A stretch of DNA of 62,901 nucleotides, the filler included, from Bigelowiella natans CCMP2755 (taxonomy: Eukaryota; Protista; Cercozoa), in the NCBI GenBank assembly GCA_000320545.1. It is 9 parts of 9 records of this genome, joined end to end, with 100 filler letters (N's around TTAATTAATTAA, not from the genome) between each part and the next. Parts side by side here need not be neighbours in the genome. Positions count along the whole stretch, not along the records: positions 37,649 to 39,973 come from ADNK01000339.1; positions 40,074 to 52,699 come from ADNK01002449.1; 7 more parts are not named here. One strand, written 5' to 3'. The position numbers were made by a program, and so were the translations under genes. Below the pieces are notes generated by a model. That model did no database searches, had not been told where the DNA came from, and worked only from the letters and a program-made list of their open reading frames with translations. Shown one piece after another: positions 37,775 through 51,264 of this stretch (position 1 is its first letter; each line of letters begins with the position of its first letter).

Positions 37775-39276
37775 ACCTCTGGAGAAGAGTACACACTAAC
37801 CCCGTCTCTCTATCATCGACCTCGTACGAATGTGCTAATGTTTCCCACCCTCCATCTTGTAGTAAGCAAGCGGCACACACACACAAATGATGCCCATGCC
37901 CAACAGCAATGCCATTATTATCTTCACACTTGTGTAAGCGTGTCAAATTCACAGTCATACGTAGATTATGCAAGCCATTTCAGCTAGTTTCATCCGAATT
38001 CCAGGGGCAATGGGCGTGGGAGTGTGTGTGTGTGTGTGTGTGTGCAGCCGGAAGAGAAAGCATACGCATGCATAAAACAAAAGTAAAGAGCAAAATGAGA
38101 TCGAGCTACAATAGCGAAAATGGTGAAAATCATGCTCATTATCGCCATCACCGCCTTCCATTCCACCTGGTGTTTGTATAGGTGTTTTCCAAACGTTTTT
38201 CTGTCCATCGCCCATTTCACAGCCTCCTGATTTCAACGTCAAAAGATTTTTCTAACAAATTCCGGTGTCTAGACACGGTTTCTCTCGAGTGTCAAAAGGC
38301 ATCGATTTTAAGGATCGTATTGCCATTTCGTTAAAACGTTGATCAGTTTATCGAGGGCGGGAATAGAATAGAAAGGTCTCATGATGAAACCAAAGTAAGA
38401 CACCAATGTACAGTTGCATTGTTTTCACAAAATCGACAAATCGGCGTCTTTCTCTTAATTCAGTGTTGACTGCTTGTGTTTACGATCGATCATTCAAGAA
38501 CATTTCCCGCGCTACTGCTAATACTACTACTACTAATACTACTACCTCATAACACGTTCGCGCCATTCTCGATGTAGCTGAGAGGAAACATGTAATACAT
38601 TGTCTTATCGGTTTTGCATCAATATGAGCATCCAGTGTATTTGCACAAAGAACGAAGTACCAAACGAATATCTCTTTCTCTCTCAATACTTCGCCTCTCG
38701 CCCATAGAGTGAAGCACCCCCCCGCGCCCCCCCTCGCCATCTCTCACCAGCGGCAATGATAAAGCGCTCGTGGTTGAAATTGTAGACGATGTAGTAGAAA
38801 CCTTTCCCCTCTTCGCCTGTGTATGGTAGCTATTATAACGACCGTTGAGATTTTGAGCACGATACAACGCATAGTAGATATATCACGCCATTACATGCAC
38901 CATCGTGCAGCAGACGATACTAAACTTCCGTTCATCCTCTTTCCTACCAATGAGGTTCTTTCTCGGGACTCGGACATCTTCAAAGGTCATGAACGCGATG
39001 TGGTGAGAATGATCGCCCTGCAGAAAGCATTGCACATCATCATCCATTAGCAGCAGCAGCAGCAGCAGCAGCAGCAAAAGCAGCAGTAACCAGTCTCCCA
39101 GAGTAGTTTTCCTTCTCTTACGTCTGTTTAGAGTGCATGGGCATTCGAGCACGTTGAAGCATACCTGGGTGCGCATTTTTCTGATAGAAATTCCCTGCAA
39201 GGAGGATGGGGAGGACGGCGGGGGGGGGGGGATGGAGACGAAAGATAAATGTGATATATACACTTTGTTACTATGG

Positions 39277-39314
<38 letters not shown>

Positions 39315-39668
39315 ACAATTAAACCACATCTTATAGTTATCGATTATTTGCATGCCCAAATTGCACATGTGCAGTATCTCAAAATAAAGTAAATACCGGC
39401 ATATTCTTGTCCAGCAGGAGCAAAAAAAGACCTTACAAAGTCGATTTAAGGAAACGTGAAAAATATGGCAATTTTGGAGAGTGACAATCAACACTTTCTC
39501 CGGTGATATAGCTAATACGAACGACTTTCCGTCTTCCGCCATTTGGCCCCACACTCTCTCGTAGATCTATGATAATATATCTATATTTCTTACTAAAGCA
39601 ACCATTCATCCCATCCGCCTTACTCCCAGTCCTCACAGCAACGGTGAAGTAATCGGCCATCAAAGCTC
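37775..39668 (-). CDS. Acyl-CoA dehydrogenase, internal part (both ends near or in gaps)
   Basis: Exons give GALMADYFTVAVRTG, IAFMTFEDVRVPRKNLIG-EEGKGFYYIVYNFNHERFIIAA and AVKWAMDRKTFGKHLYKHQ-(G/V)IRMKLAEMA. Confidence 0.88.
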
Positions 39669-40073
39669 CTGAGATCTAAAAGTAGTGATGATAGAAATCC
39701 TATTAGAACCCACCACTATACAACGGACAATGTTGCACATGTGAATGTATTCGCAATGCACGCGCGCGTGCATGTGTGCGTTTTGGGGGTGGGGGGGGGG
39801 GGGGTTTCAAATACACTGTTAGCACTAACTCTGGTGCTCCCAGGGACGGTATGTAATTTGTGGGTTAAGACAACGGCCGGTAGTGTGTGGGGTGGAACTA
39901 AGATGGGCCTGCAAGAGTAACCACAAACGCTCTCAAGACACCCATTAAAAGCTCAAAGCAATGATGCGCAAAANNNNNNNNNNNNNNNNNNNNNNNNNNN
40001 NNNNNNNNNNNNNNNNNTTAATTAATTAANNNNNNNNNNNNNNNNNNNNNNNNNNNNNNNNNNNNNNNNNNNN

Positions 40074-40173
40074 CAGCTAGTTCGGCATCTTCATCAAACC
40101 CGCCAGGAGATCGCTCAAAATCCATCCATGGAAAGTCTTCTCGGCCAAAGGTAATATATATTTATATTTATAC

Positions 40174-40206
<33 letters not shown>

Positions 40207-40960
40207 AAATATATATGATCTTTTTTTGTTAATTTTCACTTTTAAACATTACAAAGCTGATTCTCTACGAAGCTCTCTCTCTCTGTAAGTCTGACCCGTT
40301 CATCCGTCGCTCCTTACTCGCCTTCTGGCGCCATTCCTTTCTCTTAGACACAGGATGCTCAACCTGCAGTATAACCATTCAAGAGTAGTGCTGTACGCGC
40401 AGGTATTATTACCGCAAACTAAGCAAAATAGAGTCTATCCGCAACTCTCTCACGGCCATACCAGCACCAGAACTGCTACTATTTTCCCAACGAGAGCGAC
40501 TCTAACAGGCCCCGAGAATCGTACGAAGTTGCGCAGTACAGAGCGTGTTCGTGGCGACGAAAGCCTCTCCTTTTTCCCAACTCATTGATATAGCGTCTGC
40601 CCATTAGACTTATTCGTTCAATCTCTCCTCCTCCCTCTCCCCCCCCCCCCCAACCAACCCCTCGCCATCTCTCTCCTCGCCAGGATGAGCTGCAAGCGAT
40701 TGCGGAGGTCTACAGCTTCCTTAGCGAATGGATGCTGCAGCTGCTAGAGAATCAAGAGGACAGCTCTCTAAACAGAAGGGTATTTTCATTCAACGCTCTA
40801 ACCCTTCCTACATCCCAAGAGCTTGACTAGCAAACACACCGGGCCTGCATGCGTATATATGCATTTCCGCAGAGTGCTAGAGCACGTTCCTGAGTACTTC
40901 CTCGACGATATAATCACCTTCTGGACGATGTTAAGATCCGAGGTGCTAGCTTCAAGGTGT

Positions 40961-41010
<50 letters not shown>

Positions 41011-41992
41011 CACGCAGAACATTCTGGTATGTTTTGCACTCAAAGAGAGGCTTATTTGTTCGAATGACGATAAGCTTGCTCGCGCCCGCAAATAACGGGA
41101 TTTTTGCTGCGGCAAAGAGATCAGTCAAGTCAGGATGGAAGTTGGGGTTAACCCTATCGATCATTTCATGTTTCAACGAATGATCCTTTCGAAATATTCT
41201 CTACTTTATCATACACGGCGCAATGGCCAAACGGCATATCCTCGCTTTCAGCATTAGCTCGTTAGAGTCGTGAGCACAATTTAATACTCGTTTATGCGAC
41301 TATATACGTCACAGCTATCCAAGCGCGGATCTAGGAATGGAACCCATTAAACTGGCTTTCTCTCTAATGCGCCGTGGGTCTTTGGTAAATTTGAAGACAG
41401 AACGACACAAAAAGAGCACCTGCGAGAAAGAAAGCGAGAAGGGGGGAGGGGGGGGGGGGTGGAGGGGAAGATAAAGAGAGGCCCTCTGTTTTAAGATCGA
41501 AGTAGAAAGCAAAAGGGATTTGCCACCATGATACTCCGCTACTGAGCCGTATGTTGTTGTTGCGAGCGATAATGCTTCCACATGAAGAAGCGAATTCACC
41601 CTGTCAAAGTACAAGGCGTGAGCACACCGACTGCTTTTGTCTGATGATGCGTGCTGTTAATCAAATGCCGGCAGCTGTTTCTCCACAACAACTTACTAGT
41701 ATTCTCGTTTAGGTCAAAAACCCACACTTGAAGGGAAAGCTTCCTGGATTTATTCTCTGCATGATTGAAGAGGGTGGGGAATAGTGAGAGCGATTTCTTC
41801 TTGTTAGCATGCTGCTGCTGCTGCCGTCTCCTCCTCCTCTTTTAAGCAATTGATGTTGGGGATTAAGCTTCCTGGCCGGCTTGTTACGAATAAAGTCGAG
41901 GCTGTGCACTCTTCATCGAGTTACGGTGTTCAGGCGTCACTTATCTCTGTTGTTAGAAAGAAACACAGCAGTTGGCGAATAATTATATGTGT

Positions 41993-42029
<37 letters not shown>

Positions 42030-42212
42030 TCAGGTCCTCCTAGTAGACTAACATCCCGCCACAGCTATCAGAACAGCTTGCTCAGCTGGGGTTCCAATCG
42101 AGAATCAACGTATGTTTCCCTTAAAATTCTCTTTCCCCAAGTCGGAGAGAGAGAGACCGTGTCCAGATGCGTAGCTTGTGGCGCATTATTAAAGAGGGAA
42201 CACTTAGAAAAC

Positions 42213-42251
<39 letters not shown>

Positions 42252-45200
42252 GTATACGGAATATGTCTAACTGACAGAGATATTTAATTGGACAATGGCA
42301 TCATCAGTTTTTCCGGCAAATGCCGCCAAAACTTTTCTTTAACGAAGTTTCAACGCAGCTGCGACTTTCAATACCTTGATATCATGCGGGGCTGTTTTCC
42401 TTGACCTTCCTCGCCCAACGAATGGCATGAACCTCCTTATATGTGTTGTTTGCGACACGATCATAAGCCCTCACTCTCTTCTTCGTTATAATATGGTAGA
42501 ATAATCGGCAGCTTAATCGACTTATACGTGGACATCGAGATTGGTAGGTCCTAGTAAGTAAGGAGTCGCAAGAACATCCCGCTGAGAGTTGCGAGCAGAG
42601 AGAACGTATCTATAACGTTGTAATGTACCAAAGAATGACGATCTAACGACGATTCGTTACGCTGTCACATACATTGCTCTATTATGTGCAAAATCCCACC
42701 CCCCCCCCCCCTTCCTCCACAGGCGAAAACCAGTATTACGCCAAGTTCAAGCCGCGGTATGACATTTGCCGTGTGTTAAAGATTATTTGGGGTGAATCAG
42801 AAAAGGCCAAGAACGCGTTCCGCCAGCTTCCCTCTGGTAAGAGATGTGCCGCTGTATTTGATGCATGGTGTTTTGCGTGAGAGGAGGAGAAGAAGAAGGG
42901 AGGGGGGGGCTGTACGAATTGTGCATGCGAAGATAGCCTTTTTAACTTTTTGGTTAATTTGGGAAAGCATTAGGAGGCGTGTGCTTGTAGCCGGCTACTT
43001 TTGACACGTTTGCTGTTGTTATTGCTGCTGCTGCTGTTGTTGTTTTGCCGAAAGAGCGGACGGTGAAGTTCGTGAATATGCTCTTGAACGACATCATCTG
43101 GCTGCTGGACGAGGCATTAAAGGTTGCTTCATCATCATCATCATCATCATCATTCTTATCGCCTTTATCACCATTAACATCATCACTCACTCATATATGT
43201 GTATTATTGTTATTACTACCACTACTACTACTACTACTACTACTATGTTTTCTCTTCTCCCCGCAGTGTTTGGAAGAGATCCACGTATACCAGGAGAGGG
43301 TGAAGGCGAGGGAGGAGGGAAAGACGCTAGGAAGGGCAGCTGCAAGAACCGGAGGGGGGGAGGGGGACGATGTGAAATCAAGAAGCACCAGCGAGGAAGA
43401 GAAAGGCCAAAGTAGTCCTTTGCATCAGCGGCGGAGACCGCAGCAGCAGGAACAACAGAACCCTGCCGAAGAGAAGAAACAATACGAGCAAGCGGAGAGA
43501 AACTGCTACAGCTACATGCGTCTGGCTAACAGGTAGTTCCCATTTATTCCATTGCCTTCATCGATGGGCAATCGATGCGTTTGCACACTGGTACTGACGT
43601 CTGACACGCACCTTTACGAGCACTTGATTCTCCGGCTGTCGGTCGATATACATCCACGAACACACGCGCGCCGCCAAAACGCATACACAACCGATGCGCG
43701 TGGAGAGAAGCGTGCGTGAATCCAGCGAATTCTCACGGGGTTTTGGCGCCGCCGTCGTGTGTGTTGTCTTGTGTTTGGCTGTTTGTGGAACCCGAAGCAC
43801 CATGGACCTCATGATCGATGTTACAGAGGCGCATGTTCAGGCCTTCGAGGATGTAAGTGCTAGTAAGATAGCGTCCCGCGTGTTATCTTGTCTACGGGGC
43901 AAGATAACGGATCGAAGGGCGCAGTGGCTTCTTTTGAATATCGCTCTCCAACACCCACATATGTGTGTGTGGTTATGGGGGGGGTGGGGGGATTGGTTGC
44001 GCATGCTTCCTAGTAACATTTGCCTTTAATCATCACCATCATCGTCGTGGTTACCTTTCGTCAGGATATCATGGCAAAGCGGATGGCTACTATGGTATCG
44101 TTCTACCTGAACAAACTCAATGGGAGGCAGGTGGTAGCACTAGCCATCATGCAGCATCGAAGCCAGAGGATGCACCGCATCATCATCATCATCGTCATCG
44201 TCGCAGAGTGCTAGTTAGCTGCTTTGCTCTGCGAAACTTACTTCTATCCTTCACTATGAGCCACTAGCAGTTGTGTATCGAAGCAAACTTTTCGCCTCTG
44301 CATCCACTTCCATATTGCACTGTTTTGAGCTGGGAGCGACTTAAAAAACCGTGTATTTTACAATCGCACTCAACCGTAAGCGTGCGATATCCTTTACCCG
44401 ATGGGTATTTTGATATTTCGCCGTCATCGTCGTTGTCGTGATGGTGCTGCTTGTGTTTCGCATGGGTTCCGCTGCTGCTGCTGATGATGATGAAAGGTGA
44501 GGCAGCTAATCGTTGCGAACCCGAAGAAGTATGGGTTCCGCTCGAAGGAGTTCCTCCGCCAACTAGTGCATATATTCCTCAACCTCTCCGTTAGCAGGTC
44601 CGTAATTGAGTCGCTTGTTTCTGTGTTGTAGGACACATTGCTTTGATATTGAGGTTGATTGCATGGGTGCTATTAGCTATTAGGCAAAACATCATTGCAG
44701 TCTTCTCCCTTCTCCCCCCTCCCTTTCGCAACATGTCCCACTTCCGTGTTTCGCATTGTCGTTATCGCAATCTGAGCATGGATGTTTGTCTGCATAATGT
44801 CAGGAAATTCCTCGAGGCTGTGGCCGATGACGAACGCTCGTACGATGCCAAGGTGAGTGCCGGCTGTCCTTCACGTATCCATAATATAACAGCGTGCTGC
44901 ATGCATTGGGAAAGAAGCTGTCACCGCTGCTCGTGGCCAAGTCAAAATCATAGAGGATGGATTTGGTTGAGAACTAGCAAAAGGTGCGGTTTGCCTTGAC
45001 ACTCGAAAATCTGCCGTTTCAGGTGTTCCAGAGAGCCATAAAGGCCCTGCGAAACAGGAAGCTTTTGCCAGCAGCGAAGGTGCGCAAGCTTACCTAGAGC
45101 GAACATGTTGGTTGTTCCGAGCGCTGCATCGATCGATAGGCAAGGATGGGAGGTTTGGGGGGATATGAGTAGACTTCGCAGGATGGGAAGGTCGTCTGAC

Positions 45201-45683
45201 AGCAGCACTTCTTTATGTGTGCTTTGTTGGGTGACAGATCGATTCGTTTGAGAGCCTCCTGACGCAAGTAGATGCCATCCAGAAACAACGCCAGGAAGGT
45301 AGTGTTTGATGCAGCTGCATGCAGTATTTCCTCCCGCAGTGTATATATATATATATATATATATTTATTTATTTATTTATACAATATTTATGTATTATTC
45401 TCAATCACCGCCGTTCGTACGAAAACTTCCTTCTTTGCCGTTGTGTTTTACTGTTTGCTTATTAGCCGAAGAGAATGCACCCGACAAGTTCCTCGATCCT
45501 CTCATGTCAACGGTGCGTTTGTTCCCTACCTATATTTTGGGGCATGGGCTGCTTTCGGCGTGCAGATTCTCAAAGAGGAATGCCAATCTCGTGAAGCAGC
45601 CTTTTTTAGCATACCTGCTGTTGGAGGGGGGGGGGGGGGGGGGGCTGAACTATCCGTGTTTCTGCTATTCTCGGAATTCGATT

Positions 45684-45723
<40 letters not shown>

Positions 45724-45920
45724 CATCTACACACATGAAATAGTTTCCCATTGATTGTAGCTCACAATCTATCGTGCGACGGAAAGACCGCATGCCATCA
45801 AAACACCTGGAGAATGAGCATTTCTTTTCATTGGTTCTGAAGAGTAGCCGTCTCCATTTATTGCCAATTGTGTTGCGCGGGGATATCACAGCGCGTCGAG
45901 AATCAGCATCACCAGCATCG

Positions 45921-45956
<36 letters not shown>

Positions 45957-46561
45957 ATTTTTGTGTGAAACCAACGCCGTTTTGCTGTCCCTCGCAGTTG
46001 ATTCGAAACCCAGTACGGCTTCCCACTTCAAAGGTGCCATTTTCAGAGCCGAGTTGAAAGAACTCTTCCAAGCCATCATCATCACCATCATCAGCATCAT
46101 CATCACCACCACCATCGTCACATATCTAGGTAATCATGGACCGGTTTGTGATCATGCAGCACTTGCTGAATTCGGAGACAGACCCCTTTAATAGAGCCCG
46201 GCTTACCCCTGACATGTTAGAGGTAGTAGTATACTAGTGGTAGCTAGTAGAAGGAGTAGTAGTAGTAGTAGTAATAATAATAATAATAGTTTATCGTCTA
46301 AATAGTCGCAGAAGATGCAATTTCGTGTTTGGGAGGAAACAAGAGCTATGCGTAGATTTCTGTGTTGTGATATTGGGAGTTCGGGCTTCCCCACCCCCCC
46401 CTTCGGAGTTCTAGCTTTGTGTGTCCACGCACGTGATGTTGACGGGTTTTCGTCTACACTGAATGAAGGATGTGCCTGAGCTCAAGCGGGAGATTGACGA
46501 GTACATCGCTAGAAGAGAAGAAAAGGCGAAGGAGGCAGCATCGGCGAAAGGAGAGAAGTAA
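40074..46561 (+). CDS. UFD2: Ubiquitin conjugation factor E4 (Ufd2 core + U-box), 5' end in the gap
   Basis: [59 protein letters not shown] and [12 protein letters not shown] form the core. The U-box reads [70 protein letters not shown] at 46559-46561. Confidence 0.93.
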
Positions 46562-48551
46562 ACACTGCTCGGCACTTCTTCGTCCTCACTAGATCTGGTG
46601 ATGAGAAAGCTACAAATCCTTGCAGATATCCACAAGTCTGTGAGGGGGAAACACGTGAATTTGATGCTATTATTAAGCAGAGGACGCACGCGCATGACTA
46701 GTCTTTCAAATCTAGAGATAATGATCGGAATATGTAGGCGTTGTTTTCATAAAGGACAATCGCGACGGCATTCCGCGTATCCTATCGTACGTACATCTAG
46801 CATATCTATAGACATCTAGCGAGCATTAGAACAGCTCAATCCAGTAATGTATCTACATAACAGAGGCAAACATCAATTAATTTTTTTTGAAATCTATTTG
46901 CAATACTACTTGACGATGCGAAATCTAGATGACAGTACTAGAGTAACGTATGTGCCAGATGAGCAATGACAAGAGCATGCAGGCAGTTGTAGGGATATAT
47001 TGTGTATACTCTTATGTAGATAGCTAGATATTGCGCTACATTAGAAACTAGAGAAACAATACTATAATGTACGTGGTGGTGGACGTCGGCAGCAGACACG
47101 CTAGCTAGCACGGGCCAGCAGCGGGATAGCTAGATAGCTAGTCAAAGCTACTGCATGCACAGGGCTAGAAGACATTGATAAGACACTGACAATGTGTGCA
47201 ATCAATCATTCACTCGTCATTGCATATGCGTCTCAGCTACCATGCTCTGTGCTAGTCAGTTCTTGTTACCGCTAGACTAGTTTATGCGCATGTTCTAACT
47301 AGCTAGATTTCAGATTAAGTGTGCATGCTAGCATGACCAGAAAGTCTAGAAGTCACCGCAAGCTAGCAAGCAACCGAACAATTAATGATGGAAAACATGC
47401 TAGCATGTCGTAGCTAGCTAGCTAGGCAGACCAAATGGCCCACAGGGCTCTCATGTGTGTGCATTTGTGTGTCTTTTCTGATCACAACTGTGCTTCCTAG
47501 CGTCGTCGTTCATCTGCACTTGTGAATATACATGAACATGTGCACAATCACGGCCATCACAGCCAGGTCCTGGCGTGATCAGGATGTCCGAAATTGCAAA
47601 TGCGAGCTCGCAGGCGACTAGCAAGCGCAGCACAGCGCGTGCATGTGACCACAAAAACATGACAAGTCTAGAAGTGGGTTGCGGGCTGCAAAAATCCACA
47701 TTTTCGACAAAATGTGGTCAAAACATGCTTTTTTGAGGTTTTGACGCACATTGAAAGGACGAAATTTGTGCCAATGTCGAACAAACATGGAAACAAAACT
47801 GAGAGGCGGTGTCACAAAAATTTGAAGCGCAATTCGTTCAGTGCTAGAGTGCTCAACTGTAGAATGTGCAACGTGAAGGTCCCACATGCAACCGACATTG
47901 GCAATCAGACACAATGTGCATGTCTAGATGTGAAAGCAATCGAAACGCATGCGCGCGCAAAAAGGATTTTGCAACGAAAATCCGGGGTCACAGATCACGC
48001 CAAGCTAGCAGGCTAGCACGGCCTGCATGCTAGCCTGGCTGTGGTGGCCGTTAATGTGCAGACGTGCTGACGTTTACATCACATGTGTGCCCGAACTTTT
48101 TTAGATGTGCGAAATGTTCGATGACTACAGCTAGCTAGCTAGCTAGTACAGATGTACTACACGCGTGCGTACACACAAATGGCTAGATAGCCTATATCTA
48201 GCTATACGACTCTTTTAGACATTTATGCTGGTTAGCCATATGAGCGCACAAAGCAGAAGTTTGCGATGAACGATATTCTACACGACAATACAGGGCAGTA
48301 CTAGCGTGGTGCAGACTAGCGAATTTAAGAGCATAACATATAGACATAATTTCATATGCAGTAACTTCTTTAATTCTGCAATATTTGGATATACATGCAG
48401 CAGCCACAACGTATTACAAGATGCAACGCATCAAGGTTAACCACAACCTGCGCGAGTTTACGATCGTCACAAGCGGGTACAGCCCGCAATAACTGCTTTC
48501 GATATAACCTACGGACTTTGGTAGGTTTTTCCAAACAATGATCGAGGCGAA

Positions 48552-50647
48552 CTAGAAGAGTTGTATCTTGACATCATCCGAAATATAATGCTTAAACGTA
48601 TAACCTCGTTTGACGAGACGATAAAGAGCAGGCAAGATGGTAATGGCGGCTGATGTAGGAGCATCTTGCTCTCTCTTCTTCCAAATCAATGCATCTAGGT
48701 GGCTAGCATTTATAGTATTATGGCCATAACCGTGTGCAAGAGTAGTATAGAGGGGAGCCTTGTAGGACGAGCATGACGTATGCATTCTCTTCGGCTGGTT
48801 ATTAAAATTTATATCGATAATCGCTACTGATCCCCTGTTCTCCATCGAGATAGGTCATCGAGGAGAGCGGACGAGAGGGTGGCATTATGTTTTTTGAAGA
48901 GTCGCTTCACTTCTTGCCTGACGTTGTCGTTCACCCTGAATGGCAAGCACGATTGCGGACCGATGAGAGATGCAAGGGACGAGTGATGCAGGAAAGGAAA
49001 GGTCACTGCATGAATAATACGAACAGCAGTAGTATCGGTTAAGTGCGAAAAGAAGTGTAAACTCGTTCCTGGCCGCTCGCATGAGTGCTTGTTCTTCCTA
49101 CAAATGGTGGCGTTGCGGTTTATGGGCTTCACAAACCTTTCTGGGTAGTCCTCACTTCGCATAGACATATCTGCGGCAAGCAGAGGGGGGAAATAGAAGT
49201 TGGAAACAGCAATAATCGATATAAGCGAGATCAAGCATGCTAGCATGAAATCAGATCGAAGGTGGCTAAAATTAAAAATCTGTTTATGTATGTCGTCCTG
49301 GAATCTCGACATATTCCTCGACAGGCAATCAGAAGGGGTTTCTCTCCTTACCCAATGCATTTGCAAGCCTCAATTGAATCTCAAACTCTTTTTCTATCAT
49401 AGTCGCGAAGAGCTCCGGGCCGTGATGATCAATGAAGCCTTTACACAACAGCCGGAAGCCTTGGATGGTAGTGCGGCCATTGCCCGGCTCGGATCCCTTG
49501 AACTTGCTCAACTGAAGGGAAAATAACAATCAAGAGCAACAGGGCTGATGAGTGAAAAAAAAACTGCGCAAAGTGCATGCCTCTCTTCTCTACTTGTAGC
49601 CTCACCAGTCCTGCGAGAATTTCGCTCGCTCGAGAATCACCGTGCTTCTTCGCAAGAAATTCCTACAAAATAAGCACACAGTCATCTCCTTGGTACTTCA
49701 CCCGTCTCATTCATCTCAACAAAAAATGACCTTGATATCGACAGTTTTATCCTTTCCAATTTCCATCTGATGAATTGCGAGAATTTATCAGAATAAGCTG
49801 AGTCGCCCACCAAAAGAGTTAAAAAACTCGTCAGTAGTACCTTGCGAAAGACATCCGCAGTCACACGCAGAAACTCTTCTTCGGAGAATGGTAGTTTCTT
49901 GAAGGTTAAATAGTCCTGTAACACACACAAAATATAAGGTTTATCTAAATCTCGCAGTAAAAGTCTGATGAAGTTACTTCTTCATTGACGGCAAATCCCC
50001 CCTCGGGTCCAACCCATGTTGTTTCCCTTTAGTAATTCGGAAGGGACGGAGGAGAAGTGGAGTCATTGTACAAATCAGAGAGGCTTATATTCAATGCGTG
50101 ATGAATATGTCAGTTTATTACCCAGTCTCAATATTGACATAGTATGGATAAAGGGTCGATTCGCAGATGTATCTGAAGAATATTGAAATCAAATTGTCAG
50201 TTATGGAAAGAAGAAACAGCGTCAACATGATTTTCAATGTTCCGTGTTATTCTTACTGAATCCAGCGCACATTCTCTTTCTGATTTTCCTTATCATGCTG
50301 TTTCTTTTCGTTTGGAATTTCCTTCAACGGTTTGGCGCGATGGTCTTTTCCGGGTGTTTTCTCAGCCCGAGGACGCAAAGGAAGCTAACGCATGTGCAAG
50401 TTTGTCAAGTGCACTGGAAGTTAGCATATTTTTTCTGTGCACAAACCTCCCGGACAGGATTTTCTTCGAGCCTCTTCAAGAGGGCTTTTAGACGTTGGCT
50501 TTTGAATGCAAGCTCTTTTGAAAGCGCCCCGACTTCAGCCAATAATCGGTCTCTTGCGGAGACGCGGCTATCATGTTTCTTCCCAACAACCCTATGCCTA
50601 CCAATTGCCGATGTTGTCGTCGACGAAGATGAAGGCGCCGCACCCAT
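48552..50647 (-). CDS. Hypothetical protein with an N-myristoylation-type start and a WW domain (3' exons uncertain)
   Basis: Starts MGAAPS (Gly2, Ser6). Three short exons splice to WI-YICESTLYPYYVNIETG-ETTWVGP, the WW pattern W...YY.N..T..T.W..P. Further short-intron exons run to about 48552. Confidence 0.6.
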
Positions 50648-51264
50648 GGGGAGAGCCGTTTAATGACACGGATGACTGACACAAACGCGCCAAAATTTAC
50701 ATAATATCAGAAACTAAGGCAATTTAATGTAAACGACAACGTATTCTAACAAAAATATAAATAAACGACAATGCTGTTCCTTAAAAGTAGGGGTCTGATT
50801 GGAAGTATGACGTAGAGAAGTTTTTTTAGTAGGTCGTACACGTGACACGTCGCTGATCACATTACTGCGGCAAGTGGAGTGATGATGTCGTAGATAATAA
50901 ATCCCCATGAAAAGGCTTCGAAATACTATCCAATTTTGCGACTGTTTGTTATCCGGGAAACATCTTTGCCTCACCCGATCCCTGAGAGGCCCACATACAT
51001 CCAAATCGATAAGGCTGATTTTCCCGCCAATGAGATCGCACTAATTTGCATCGAGAAAACATCCCATTATCCCGTCTATAAATCCTGTCCAATTCCCGAT
51101 GCGAATTTTTCATTGAAATGTTCATAATTACTGCGTCGTTCTGAAGAAAAGCACTTGATTTTCATTAATAATAGGATAATCGTGCAAACTCCGTGGAGCT
51201 CGATCAGCGTTAGGCTTTTAACTGTGGCGCTGGCGGCAGACATCTATCTCCTTCTCACCCTGGG

